Origin: Gammaproteobacteria bacterium
Lineage (GTDB): Bacteria; Pseudomonadota; Gammaproteobacteria; JABHGC01
Assembly: GCA_027077805.1 (NCBI GenBank)
Contig: JALWTS010000029.1
Location: forward strand, 3,792-67,791
Reading direction: 5' to 3'
DNA: 64,000 bases
In this document: positions 39,451 through 49,991 of the stretch, piece by piece
Layout of the letters: each line of letters begins with the position of its first letter
Numbering within the stretch: the first letter of the stretch is position 1
Notes under the pieces: generated by a model
What the model was told of the DNA's origin: nothing
What the model saw: only the letters and a program-made list of their open reading frames with translations
The model's database searches: none
Translations under genes and position numbers: made by a program

Positions 39451-40551
39451 TTACTCATAATCAGGCACTAACGGCAATTGATTTTCCTGCTTATGTTTGA
39501 TTTCTAAAATCGCTTTTTCTATGGCAATAAAACGTTCGGGTGTGGTCGGATGGGATCGTTTTAGTTGTATGCTTTTGGGATTTTGGATTGCCATTCTACG
39601 CCAGAAATTCGCTACATTATCAATGTGATAACCTGCTAATGCCATAAAATATAAACCCACATAATCGGCTTCTTGTTCAAATTCAACCGAATAGGTCATG
39701 GCACCCATCTGTGAACCAACCCCTGAAAATTGACCTCGGGTATTCACGCCATAATAAGCGGCTGTCATATCTAATACGAAACCAGCAATCCCACCCATAA
39801 TTGCGTTTTGTTTTTTCGCCTCAATATGTTTCATCGCATTGTGTGCCAATTCATGGGAGATAATTAATGCGGCTTCTTCATCATTGTTAAAAAATTCCAT
39901 TAAACCACGGTACATAACGATATTTTCACCATCGGCATGTGCATTTTTCTCCTCACTGTTTAATAAAACGAATTTATAGTCGCAAATGGCTTTCGGTGTG
40001 ATTTTAACTTGGTAGGCTTGTTTATCTCGTCTTACTTTTAAAGTCAAGGCTTGGGCTTGGTTTTGTTTATCTTTAGCGACGTCTGCTATTTTATCCCAGA
40101 ATTTTTCCAATGCTTTTTCACCCATCGGCACATCCCAATCATTTATTGCGATAGGAATATCACCTGCTTGTAAACCAACTTGTTGGGCAGGGGAGTTTGG
40201 GGCAACGGCAATAATTTTTAACACATTGGTGATTTGATATTGGTTTTGCACGGCTTCATACCAATCCTCATTAAAATGATGACGATTCCAAACCATAATG
40301 CCAATGTCAAAACGGGTCTTATCTCCACATAAACTTACCCCATGTTCTAAGATGGGATAAGCCATTCTATAGAAATCCTTTTCCATTTCTACCCAAACCA
40401 TTGCTGCCATTTGCCGTTGCTTTTTCGCTTCAAGTTCTTTCGCCACTGAGGCAATGTCTGGGGCTTTGGTTTTTGGGGAGGCACAACTGAGTAGTAATAT
40501 GCTGGCAATAAAATATAAGATGGATAGTTTTATATGGGAAAGTAATGTCAT
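39451..40551 (-). CDS. M48 zinc metalloprotease lipoprotein with PDZ domain
   Basis: Lipobox LLSC; SPAQQVGLQAGD; HELAH; EQEADYVG; SHP. Confidence 0.88.
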   Translation of the reverse strand: MTLLSHIKLSILYFIASILLLSCASPKTKAPDIASVAKELEAKKQRQMAAMVWVEMEKDFYRMAYPILEHGVSLCGDKTRFDIGIMVWNRHHFNEDWYEAVQNQYQITNVLKIIAVAPNSPAQQVGLQAGDIPIAINDWDVPMGEKALEKFWDKIADVAKDKQNQAQALTLKVRRDKQAYQVKITPKAICDYKFVLLNSEEKNAHADGENIVMYRGLMEFFNNDEEAALIISHELAHNAMKHIEAKKQNAIMGGIAGFVLDMTAAYYGVNTRGQFSGVGSQMGAMTYSVEFEQEADYVGLYFMALAGYHIDNVANFWRRMAIQNPKSIQLKRSHPTTPERFIAIEKAILEIKHKQENQLPLVPDYE

Positions 40552-40659
40552 TGGAATAGCTGGAATAGGTTGACCGAAAGATAGCTTGATAAAGTCGCAC
40601 TCGGAACAAGCCGTGCTTTTTATAGGTTATCCAAATCCAAGTGCCTTGGTCTTGTGATA

Positions 40660-41040
40660 TCATTCATTTAGCCATGCGATGGCATCCTCACAACGATCAA
40701 AATATTTCACTTCTCCAGAGACAAACCAGCGACCAATTTTTGCGGCTATTTTTTGCCAATCTTTGTTTCCATAAATCGCCACTTTTTCAAATTCATTGCC
40801 GTGTTTTAATCCTAGTTTGAAATCATCCCACGCTGCTCTTAGCTCCCATCCCTCTAATTCGGTGCCATCAATCAGTGCTTTTACTTTTGGCTCTGTCACT
40901 TCGGCTAACGCGGAATCAATCAAAGGGGTAATGGTTTCATAATCCTCGTGCGTCAGTGTCCCTTGTGCCTTTAGGGAGAGAAAAAATTGGTGATTCGTTC
41001 TTTCAATGCCTATTGATAAACCGTGTCTTTCCTGTTTCAT
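40660..41040 (-). CDS. SpoIIAA-like (STAS/SEC14) protein
   Basis: GTLTHEDY, GWELRAAWDDFKLGLKH, FEKVAIYG. Confidence 0.85.
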   Translation of the reverse strand: MKQERHGLSIGIERTNHQFFLSLKAQGTLTHEDYETITPLIDSALAEVTEPKVKALIDGTELEGWELRAAWDDFKLGLKHGNEFEKVAIYGNKDWQKIAAKIGRWFVSGEVKYFDRCEDAIAWLNE

Positions 41041-41599
41041 TTTGAATCCTCTTGCTGTTAAATTTATCTTTCTTCGTCATTTTAAGCTCATAAACATTAG
41101 CGAAACTGTGCGAATAATGGCAATTGTAAAATAATTGCTTTGGCTTGTATAGCATTACTGACGGGCGGGTGATTAATAGGGGGAATCCTATCACCGCCCC
41201 AATCAAATTGATATCCATTTAATTCAACCGGTTATTGAATTGTCTGAACATGAGGCATGAACTTCAACTGCCATTTTTTCTAAAATATATCATATTTTTC
41301 AACGAGACGGTGAACCCACTCATACAGCAACACAGGCGAAATTCCTTATGACTACTTTGCAAAATGCCATGACGGATATGACATCATCAGAAGCCATTAA
41401 GTGAGTTAAACAGGGATTAGGACAATTTGGGTTTCTTGCACTTCATGTCCGCCTTCATTTTCAGTTTTGCTGTTAAGAATGGATAAACCTAAGCGTTTAA
41501 TGCCTAAAGTTAAAAAAAAATGATAACGAGATGATGAGAATGGGTTTTATCGTTATAATATTGCCAATAAATAAAACGAGTTAAGATTGAACCCATTGT

Positions 41600-43516
41600 A
41601 TGAATAAAACCGCTCTAAAACTACTGCAACAAACCTTTGGTTATCAATCGTTTCGTCCCTATCAAGCTGAGATTATTGACTGTTTATTACAAAATCAGCA
41701 CGTGTTTGTGTTAATGGCAACAGGAGGTGGCAAATCTTTATGTTATCAGATTCCTGCGATATTAAGAGATGGTGTTGGTATTGTCATTTCACCGTTGATT
41801 GCGTTGATGCAAGATCAAGTGAATACCTTGGTGCAAAATGGGGTGAAAGCGGCGTTTTTAAATTCCAGCTTAAGCGGTCGGGAAGCCGGGCGGATTCAAT
41901 GGCAGTTACAACAACAACAATTAGATTTGCTGTATATTTCCCCTGAACGCTTGTTAATGCCACGAACTTTAGAATTATTACAAACCGTTCCGATTGCCTT
42001 GTTTGCCATAGATGAAGCTCATTGTATTTCACAATGGGGACATGACTTTCGTCCCGAATATCGGCAGTTAGGGTGTTTACAACAAAATTTTCCTAATGTG
42101 CCGAGAATTGCCTTAACTGCCACCGCAGATGATACGACTAGACGGGATATTATTAATTATTTGCAATTACAGCAAGCCAAGCAATTTATTAGTAGTTTTG
42201 ATCGGGCGAATATTCATTATCATATTGAGCTTAAAGACAATGAATTACAACAACTGCAACATTTTATTGCAAGCCAATATCCTAATGATGCGGGTATTGT
42301 TTACTGTTTATCTCGTAAAAAAGTAGAAAAAGTCGCCGAGTTTTTGCAACAAAATGCTTGCAACGCCTTGCCTTATCATGCCGGCTTGACGAATCAAGAA
42401 CGAGAACAAGCCCAAGCCCAATTTTTGAATGAAGAAGGTGTTATTATTGTCGCAACCATTGCGTTTGGTATGGGCATTGATAAACCGAATGTGCGGTTTG
42501 TGGCTCATTTAGACTTGCCAAAAAGCATTGAGGCGTATTATCAGGAAACAGGACGGGCAGGGCGAGATGGTTTACCCGCTTCGGCTTGGATGGTCTATGG
42601 TTTGCAAGATGTGGTGATGATTCGTAAGATGATTCAAAGCTCCGAAGGCGAACTGCCATTTAAAAAAATCCAACAATTTAAATTAGAAGCCTTATTGGGG
42701 TTTTGTGAAACCTCCAGTTGTCGGCGAATTCAATTATTAAACTATTTTGGTGAAGAAAAATCACAAAATTGTCATCACTGCGATATTTGTGAGAGTCCTT
42801 TGGAAACTTGGGATGCCACAGAATCCGCTCAAAAAGCCTTATCTTGTGTTTATCGTACCAATCAACGCTTTGGGGTAAATTATTTGGTGGATGTATTATT
42901 AGGCAAGGATAATGCGAAAATTCGGCGATTCCGTCATCAAAATTTATCCACTTATGGTATTGGTAAAGATTTAAGTCAATATCAATGGCGTTCGGTATTT
43001 CGGCAACTCATTGCCCAAGGCTTTTTAAATGTGGATATTGATGGTCATGGAGCCTTATTGTTGGATGAAAGCTGTCGTCCAATTTTAAAAGGGCAGCAAA
43101 CCTTATTATTGCGTAAAGATACGCATACTCGCAAACAACAAGCTCAAACAACCCCACAAGCAAAATCATTCGCCTTAGCAGAACGGAATGATGAGCAAGA
43201 ACAGTTATTTTTTAATCTTAAAGCCCATCGTTTAAAATTAGCGAAAGAACAGCGTACCCCGCCTTATACGATTTTTCATGATGCGACTTTATTGGAAATG
43301 GTCAAATGTTGTCCCCAAAATTTAACGGAATTAGAAAAAATTTCGGGTATTGGTAAACAAAAATTAGCGGCTTATGGCGTGGAGTTTTTAACTATTTTAC
43401 AACAATATCCACAGCTAAATGCCCCACATTTATTATTAGGCATGAAACCCAGACCCAAACCAACAACATCAAAATTCAAATCCAAACCTAAGCGGATGAC
43501 AATCCGTTATCCATAA
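41600..43516 (+). CDS. recQ: DNA helicase RecQ
   Basis: [37 protein letters not shown]; RQC and HRDC domains. Confidence 0.97.
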   Translation: MNKTALKLLQQTFGYQSFRPYQAEIIDCLLQNQHVFVLMATGGGKSLCYQIPAILRDGVGIVISPLIALMQDQVNTLVQNGVKAAFLNSSLSGREAGRIQWQLQQQQLDLLYISPERLLMPRTLELLQTVPIALFAIDEAHCISQWGHDFRPEYRQLGCLQQNFPNVPRIALTATADDTTRRDIINYLQLQQAKQFISSFDRANIHYHIELKDNELQQLQHFIASQYPNDAGIVYCLSRKKVEKVAEFLQQNACNALPYHAGLTNQEREQAQAQFLNEEGVIIVATIAFGMGIDKPNVRFVAHLDLPKSIEAYYQETGRAGRDGLPASAWMVYGLQDVVMIRKMIQSSEGELPFKKIQQFKLEALLGFCETSSCRRIQLLNYFGEEKSQNCHHCDICESPLETWDATESAQKALSCVYRTNQRFGVNYLVDVLLGKDNAKIRRFRHQNLSTYGIGKDLSQYQWRSVFRQLIAQGFLNVDIDGHGALLLDESCRPILKGQQTLLLRKDTHTRKQQAQTTPQAKSFALAERNDEQEQLFFNLKAHRLKLAKEQRTPPYTIFHDATLLEMVKCCPQNLTELEKISGIGKQKLAAYGVEFLTILQQYPQLNAPHLLLGMKPRPKPTTSKFKSKPKRMTIRYP

Positions 43517-43677
43517 CAAGTTTTTGATGTCATGCTACAAGCCAATTCACTTAGAATGAAATGGGCATTGTTTTTATTGATTGTCAGTTATGTGTTAGGT
43601 TGGCCAGCCGTAAAACGGGATATATTTTGATGGCTTTCTCATAAACGGCTCCGATAACCCTTTCCTCGGGGGACTTA

Positions 43678-45177
43678 TCACTTGTCAGCACACCGCCATT
43701 GATGATAACGTTCTAACCACTGGAGTAATTTTTTGGGTGCCTGGGTTTTTTTCCAAACCCCTGCCACATATTTATTTGCTTCGGCAAAGGTCGGATAGGT
43801 ATGAATTGTCCCTAAAATTTTATTCAGTCCTAAACCATGTTTCATTGCCAATACAAATTCTGCTAATAAATCGCCCGCGTGTTCTCCCACCATCGTTACC
43901 CCTAAAATTTTATCTTTTTTAGGGACGGTTAGAACTTTAATAAAGCCATAATCAACCCCATCCGTTATCGCCCGATCTAAATCGTCCATACCGTAATAAG
44001 AGACTTCATAAGCCATATTTTTTTGTTTGGCTTCCTGTTCATTTAAACCCACTCTCGCGATTTCAGGATCGAGAAAGGTTGTCCAAGGAATCACGGAATA
44101 ATCGACTTTAAATGATTTAAAATGACCGAATAGGGCGTTGACACTGGCATACCATGCTTGATGTGCTGCCGTATGGGTAAACTGATAAGGGCCTGCGACA
44201 TCACCAACGGCATAAATATTGGGATAAAGCGTTTGTAAATATTGATTAGTCGTAATGGTTCTTTTCGTGTCAATCCCCAACGTTTCCAAACCATAACCTT
44301 GTAATCTGGCACGACGTCCAACCGCACAAAGGAATTGATCAAACACAAGGGTTTTTTCTTGCCCTTGATATTCAACGACCAAATAATTTTTCTGATTTTG
44401 TTGATAACAACGCAAGGCTTTATGTTCGGTGAGTACCTCAATCCCTTCTTGTTCAAAAGTCGTTCTGACCCACTCGGAAACGTCAGCATCCTCTCGGATC
44501 ATAAGTCGTGGTAACATCTCTACCTGCGTGACGTTTGCACCCAATCGACTTAAGGCTTGACTTAATTCACAACCAATCGGCCCCCCCCCTAGGACTATCC
44601 AATTTTTGGGCAATGTTGGTTGTTGTGATAAAACCGACCAAAGATTATCACTGGTTAAATAATCCATATGATTTAACCCTTCAATCGGAGGAATAAAGGG
44701 TTGTGCACCTGTGGCAATAATGATGGAACGGGTGGTCACACATTGTTGCTGACCATTGTTTAATGCAATTTCAACGGTCCAAGGATCGATGAGTTTCGCA
44801 TAGCCTTGTATGACTTCTACGCCTAATTTGGTATAACGTTCTATGCTATCATGCGGTTCAACGGCTTGAATGACCTTTTGTACTTGTTGCATGACTTTAG
44901 GAAAATCAATACTCACTTCACCGACATTGAAACCATATTGGTTGGCATGATGGAGTTGATGTCTAATCTTAGCGATTTTAATTAAGGCTTTACTTGGCAC
45001 ACAACCCGTATTCAAACAATCGCCACCCATTTTATGAGCTTCAACTAAGCTCACTTTCGCTTTGACAGTTGCCGCAATATAGGCACTCACCAAACCACCC
45101 GCACCTGCCCCAATGACAATGAGGTTTCGGTCATACGAGCTTGGCGATGGCCATCTTTTCTTCTTGAGTTTAGACAT
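43678..45177 (-). CDS. Pyridine nucleotide-disulfide oxidoreductase (Lpd/MerA-like, not true MerA)
   Basis: GAGAGG, GGDCLNTGCVPSK, GGGPIG, IHTYPT; no HMA domain and no C-terminal Cys-Cys. Confidence 0.85.
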   Translation of the reverse strand: MSKLKKKRWPSPSSYDRNLIVIGAGAGGLVSAYIAATVKAKVSLVEAHKMGGDCLNTGCVPSKALIKIAKIRHQLHHANQYGFNVGEVSIDFPKVMQQVQKVIQAVEPHDSIERYTKLGVEVIQGYAKLIDPWTVEIALNNGQQQCVTTRSIIIATGAQPFIPPIEGLNHMDYLTSDNLWSVLSQQPTLPKNWIVLGGGPIGCELSQALSRLGANVTQVEMLPRLMIREDADVSEWVRTTFEQEGIEVLTEHKALRCYQQNQKNYLVVEYQGQEKTLVFDQFLCAVGRRARLQGYGLETLGIDTKRTITTNQYLQTLYPNIYAVGDVAGPYQFTHTAAHQAWYASVNALFGHFKSFKVDYSVIPWTTFLDPEIARVGLNEQEAKQKNMAYEVSYYGMDDLDRAITDGVDYGFIKVLTVPKKDKILGVTMVGEHAGDLLAEFVLAMKHGLGLNKILGTIHTYPTFAEANKYVAGVWKKTQAPKKLLQWLERYHQWRCADK

Positions 45178-45515
45178 ATGAAATAGAAGCGTTTTGGATA
45201 AGATAATGATTATATTTTATGAATGAATATAATACGAATTAGGATAGTTTTTTTTAAAATTAGTTCCTTATTTTTTGAAGCTTGCTGATCAAGTTCAATT
45301 TCGGCATTGATCAAGAATATCGGATGGGTATTTTCTTGATGCCCATCATAATAATTTTTGACATAGCTTTGTAATTGTCGAATAATCTTCTGTTGAATGG
45401 TTTTTTTAAAACGAAAGTGAAAGTGATAAGGTCTTGAATCAATCCTGGGTGGGTTTGGATAATAAGCGAGAGGGAACGAAAGGTTATCGTCATGGGAATC
45501 ATTTAACCGCAGAAC

Positions 45516-46580
45516 ATGAGCGTTTTAGTTTTATGGAGGTTGCGATATTTAAGTTTGGTGCTGATTTGTTTTTTATTCGTTGCTTGTCAATCACAAACCT
45601 ACGAAGAAGATAGCTTTCGTCAAAGCTATTTGGTATTTGGTACAATCGTTGAGTTAAAACTGGTGGGTATTGAACGGCAAAAAGCATGGCAACTCAGTCA
45701 GCAAGTTCAGGCAAAATTGCAGGCATATCATGAGGCTTGGCATGCTTGGCAACCCAGTGAATTAACTCAGATCAATCAGGCAATCGCCCAGCATCAAAGT
45801 ATTGCCATATCGTCTGAAATGGCTGATTTATTAAGGCTTAGCACAAGGCTTTCTGAACAGAGTGGTGAGTTATTTAATCCTGCCATTGGTCGCTTAATTC
45901 GTCTTTGGGGCTTTCAGCGTCATGAGGAGAAACCATGGACACCGCCGAGTGATAAAGCCATACAAGCGTATCTTTTTAAAGCACCACATATGAGTGATAT
46001 TACCATTGAAAATGGGAGGTTGAGTTCTAATAATGACACAGTTCAACTTGATTTCGGTGCCATTGCGAAAGGGTATGCGATTGAGAAGATTGCTGGATTT
46101 CTAAGGGCGAATGGTGTGCGACATGCCATTATTAATGCGGGTGGCAATTTGAAAGCGCTGGGGAATCCTCAGGGCAAACCCTGGCGAATTGGCATTCAAA
46201 ATCCGAATCAAGCTGGAATTGTGGGGATTCTCTTCCTCGATGACAATGAAAGTGTGGCAACGTCAGGGAATTATCGACGCTATTATACCTATGCGGGGAA
46301 AACGTATCACCATGTCATTGATCCAAGAACAGGACGACCCAGTGAGGGTTCGGTATCTGCAACGATTATTGCGAATGATGCCAGTGTGGCAGATGCCACG
46401 GCTACGGCCTTTATGATTAATGGGACGGAGAATTGGCAAGAGTTGGCGAAACGTTTCCATCTCAAGTATATACTTTTAATGGATAAAAATGGACAGATTA
46501 CCATGAGTAAAGCGATGGCACTGCGTGTTGAATTATTACCGGAATTTAAAAAGAAAGTCTCTATGGTGGATTTCGATTAG
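45516..46580 (+). CDS. apbE: FAD:protein FMN transferase ApbE
   Basis: Lipobox FVAC; DFGAIAKGY, NAGGN, ATSGNY, HHVIDPRTG, ADATAT. Confidence 0.93.
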   Translation: MSVLVLWRLRYLSLVLICFLFVACQSQTYEEDSFRQSYLVFGTIVELKLVGIERQKAWQLSQQVQAKLQAYHEAWHAWQPSELTQINQAIAQHQSIAISSEMADLLRLSTRLSEQSGELFNPAIGRLIRLWGFQRHEEKPWTPPSDKAIQAYLFKAPHMSDITIENGRLSSNNDTVQLDFGAIAKGYAIEKIAGFLRANGVRHAIINAGGNLKALGNPQGKPWRIGIQNPNQAGIVGILFLDDNESVATSGNYRRYYTYAGKTYHHVIDPRTGRPSEGSVSATIIANDASVADATATAFMINGTENWQELAKRFHLKYILLMDKNGQITMSKAMALRVELLPEFKKKVSMVDFD

Positions 46581-46808
46581 AATTGGAATAATGGAATAAG
46601 CCTTACTTTCAATGTGTTTATCAACAAGTGGATAAAGTTTTGTTTTAATAATGGAATGGCATTGAGGTTAATTTTAAGCCGATTTTTCCGATATAAAAAA
46701 CTTCCGATAATGACTATAATCAGAAACTTTTAGCTTGAATGATTAAATAAATGTGAATATTGACAATCAGTATTTTTCATGATTTACTAGAAACGAAGGG
46801 TTACTCTT

Positions 46809-47285
46809 TTGCTTATGCTTAGATTTAGAAATATGCTTAGATTTAGAAATATGCTTAGATTTAGAAATATGCTTAGAAAATGGTTAGCGTTATGGTTAAC
46901 CGTATTCATTACAACACAATCGGTAATAGCCAGTGTGGATATGCACCAATTGAATCCACACAATCATCGCCATTCCCAAACGATTAATTGGGTGATTGAA
47001 CCAGCGCCAACACTTCCTCTCGTTCTTCATCAAGCCAGCAATGACTATAAACTCTCTTTGGAAAACTCTGAAAAAGTTTCAAACCTACCGTTGAAATATA
47101 CAATTCAATACGATGGCAATCACTGTTGCCAGTGTCATCACGCAGGACAGTTTTTTTTCTCAACCCATTATCATTTTTTCAGTCATTTCTTTATGGAGCA
47201 ATGGCAATTCGAATACGATTTCATGCGTTTTTCCTACCTTATTTCTCCTGTTCTTCGCCCTCCCATTACCGTGATTAATATTTAA
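46809..47285 (+). CDS. CzcI/DUF2946-like His/Cys-rich protein ahead of czcCBA (start ambiguous because of the repeat)
   Basis: Signal-like segment, HNHRH, HCCQCHH, C-terminal LRPPI. Confidence 0.6.
   Translation: MLMLRFRNMLRFRNMLRFRNMLRKWLALWLTVFITTQSVIASVDMHQLNPHNHRHSQTINWVIEPAPTLPLVLHQASNDYKLSLENSEKVSNLPLKYTIQYDGNHCCQCHHAGQFFFSTHYHFFSHFFMEQWQFEYDFMRFSYLISPVLRPPITVINI
46815..46877 (+). repeat. Perfect 18-bp tandem repeat (3.5 copies)
   Basis: ATGCTTAGATTTAGAAAT at 46815, 46833 and 46851, plus partial ATGCTTAGA at 46869. Confidence 0.95.
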
Positions 47286-47410
47286 AATATTGCTATTGGC
47301 TTCATAATTCAAAAGTTCGTCAATACCTAGAACCTAGAATACTCATACCCAATGGCATCCAATAATTTCTTGTATTTGTGTGAATCACTATTCAATCTAG
47401 GAATATATTT

Positions 47411-48682
47411 ATGTTTGTGGCCATGAAAAATTTTCATTTTCGTTTACGTTTCTGTAACTTTATCAAAATTATCGGTGGTCTTTTATTTTTGACCCCTACG
47501 CTACTGAGCGCCTCGCCTGATACCTCATCATGGGTGGAATGGTTGCGGTATCAAGTGAAACAGCATCCTGAGATTAAATCCGCACAAGCCGAAATGGATG
47601 CGAATTATTCTATGGCAAGCAGTATGGAACAAGCTTTATACAATCCAGAAATTGACGCAGAATTAGAAAAAACGGGTGAGGATACCGATTTTCGTTTGGG
47701 CATCAATCAAACCATTGATTGGTGGAATAAACGCAAAGTTCGACAACAACAAGCCTATTACACCCGAATATCGGCCCAGAAAACCTTAGAAGCAATCCTA
47801 CAACAAAAAATAGCAGACATACTGCAAGCATTAGTTGAGTGGCAGACAGCAAAACAAAAATATGATATTGCTAATGTCCAAGAAAAACAACTCGATACTT
47901 TAATCAATTTGTTAAAAAAACGACAATTCGCGGGGGATTTAAGCAAAATTGATGCCGAGCTAACCCTATTCAGCTTATCTCAAACCCTTCACACCACTGC
48001 TCAAGCCAAAGCTCAACTGAGAAAATCCCAATTCTACTTAAACGCCTTATTAAGCGATTGGCAACCTGAAAAACATAAAATCCCTGAGCAATTTTGGTTC
48101 ATTCAACCCCGCCAGAATCAGAAACAAATTCAACAATGGATAGAACAACATCCGAAAATCATGGCAGCAGAAGCTGACTGGCAACAACTTAAATGGTCGG
48201 AAGAATTGGCCTATCGGAAGACCAAGGCCGACCCGACTTTTGGTATTAATGCGGGTAAAGAAGGCGAAGAAAAGATTGTGGGATTACAATTTTCCATGCC
48301 ACTTAGGGTAAGAAATAACTTCAATGCTGACTGGAAAATGGCCACCCAGAAATCCTTAGCAGCGGAAGCAACGCTTCAAGCATTACGCCGTCAACAACAA
48401 TTTTTGATTCAATCATCTTATGCCGTTTTAAGAGAATATCAACAACATAGGAACCGATGGCAACAATTGATGCAAGGACGAAAACAGTTAAGTGAGCAGT
48501 TATTAAAAAAACAATTAAACAGTGGTGATATTAATACCACTGACTATTTATTAGCACTACAACAACGCACCGAAGGCCTGATGGCAGGGATTGAACTGAG
48601 CGCTAATTTTCAATTGGCTTATATTGATTGGTTACGACAAACGGGGCAAATCAATTGGGCATTAAAACAATTATCACCATAG
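47411..48682 (+). CDS. czcC: TolC-family outer membrane factor (CzcC-like)
   Basis: Signal peptide, YNPEID, FSMPLRVRN; helical repeats; HME-RND context. Confidence 0.8.
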   Translation: MFVAMKNFHFRLRFCNFIKIIGGLLFLTPTLLSASPDTSSWVEWLRYQVKQHPEIKSAQAEMDANYSMASSMEQALYNPEIDAELEKTGEDTDFRLGINQTIDWWNKRKVRQQQAYYTRISAQKTLEAILQQKIADILQALVEWQTAKQKYDIANVQEKQLDTLINLLKKRQFAGDLSKIDAELTLFSLSQTLHTTAQAKAQLRKSQFYLNALLSDWQPEKHKIPEQFWFIQPRQNQKQIQQWIEQHPKIMAAEADWQQLKWSEELAYRKTKADPTFGINAGKEGEEKIVGLQFSMPLRVRNNFNADWKMATQKSLAAEATLQALRRQQQFLIQSSYAVLREYQQHRNRWQQLMQGRKQLSEQLLKKQLNSGDINTTDYLLALQQRTEGLMAGIELSANFQLAYIDWLRQTGQINWALKQLSP

Positions 48683-48724
48683 TTTAAGTTTCGTATCTAA
48701 CCGAATAATATCAGGAGTATCAAA

Positions 48725-49948
48725 ATGAACCGTACATTTGCTTTATGGGCAATGATTTTTATATCCATATCCGTATGGAGTGGCATTAAAAATGTCATGG
48801 CAAAATCGGTGGCTGAAATCAATCATAATGGACATGAGCATGGCCATGAGGAGGAACAGGAAGAAAATGAATCACATGACCATAATGAGAATGGTCAAGG
48901 TCAACATGACGAACACAACGAAGGTCTCGTTACCCTATCCTCTCAACAACTCACCCTAGCCAATATCCAGGTCACCCCTCTGCAACCACGAATACTTAAG
49001 CAACCCATTGACGCACCTGGCGAAGTGAAATCCAATCAATACCGCAGTTACTTAGTGACCCCGAGAGTTGATTCGATCGTCCTCCACCGTTATGTGGAAC
49101 GTGGCGAACAGGTGAAACAAGGACAGGTATTAGTTCGCCTGTTCAGTGAAGCCATTGCCGAAGCACAAGCGAAATTTCGGGTAGCCAATGCCGAATGGCA
49201 ACGCGTCAAAAAACTCGGTCGAGATGTCATCGGAGAGAAACGCTTTATTGCGGCTCAAGCCGATTATGAAATTGCTTATGGGCAATTACTTGCGTTTGGT
49301 TTATCGGAAAAAAACATCCGTGCCTTACAAGCCTCCCCATCCTCACAAAAAGCCTTTAAATCTTTTGGCGAATACACACTTAAGGCAACAATGTCAGGGA
49401 TTGTGATGTCGGATGATTTTCATCAGGGACAACGCGTCGAATCTGGCGAAACCTTGATGGAACTGGTCGATGAACGTCAATTATGGGTTGAGGCTCATCT
49501 TCCGTCAACAACCACATTAGATTTATCCAAAGGCACTATGGCTCAAATTAGTGTCGGTAACCATCGGTTTCCAGCAACCGTAACGCAAGCCTCTCATCGT
49601 ATTGACCCCATGACTCGAACCCGTGTCGTGCGTTTGCAAGTCGATAACCCCTCGCATCAATTGCATCCAGGTATGTTTGTCAACGTTTCTTTTTCCTCCG
49701 CTACTTTGCAACCCATTTTAGCCGTGCCACAATCTGCGTTAATGCGTCATCAAGAAGGTGATTGGATGATATTTGTTGAAACCGCACCTAATCAATTTCA
49801 AGCAAAAAAAGTCGTACTCAAACGCCGTATTGGAAACTATCAAGAAATACAAGGGATTGGTATTCAGGGTCAACGCATCGTCATGAAAGGTGCTTTTTTC
49901 CTCGCCTCACAAATGGCAAAAGGCAACTTTGATCCTCACAATCATTGA
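48725..49948 (+). CDS. czcB: RND periplasmic adaptor (CzcB/CusB-like) with His-rich N-terminus
   Basis: HNGHEHGHEEE..., lipoyl-like segments, LHPGMFV. Confidence 0.85.
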   Translation: MNRTFALWAMIFISISVWSGIKNVMAKSVAEINHNGHEHGHEEEQEENESHDHNENGQGQHDEHNEGLVTLSSQQLTLANIQVTPLQPRILKQPIDAPGEVKSNQYRSYLVTPRVDSIVLHRYVERGEQVKQGQVLVRLFSEAIAEAQAKFRVANAEWQRVKKLGRDVIGEKRFIAAQADYEIAYGQLLAFGLSEKNIRALQASPSSQKAFKSFGEYTLKATMSGIVMSDDFHQGQRVESGETLMELVDERQLWVEAHLPSTTTLDLSKGTMAQISVGNHRFPATVTQASHRIDPMTRTRVVRLQVDNPSHQLHPGMFVNVSFSSATLQPILAVPQSALMRHQEGDWMIFVETAPNQFQAKKVVLKRRIGNYQEIQGIGIQGQRIVMKGAFFLASQMAKGNFDPHNH

Positions 49949-49991
49949 GAATATGAAACATGATTAAATTTATTAAACGAAGGAATCCCTA

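Noticed and set aside
41050-41500. Possible gene remnant or sRNA upstream of recQ
   Set aside because: No recognisable motif or stable structure found by eye.
45311-45502. 63-aa ORF as the lost VTT domain of the neighbouring oxidoreductase
   Set aside because: No convincing hydrophobic helices or LRLVP-type motif.
46815-46877. CRISPR array
   Set aside because: Direct tandem 18-mers without spacers, and no cas genes in the window.
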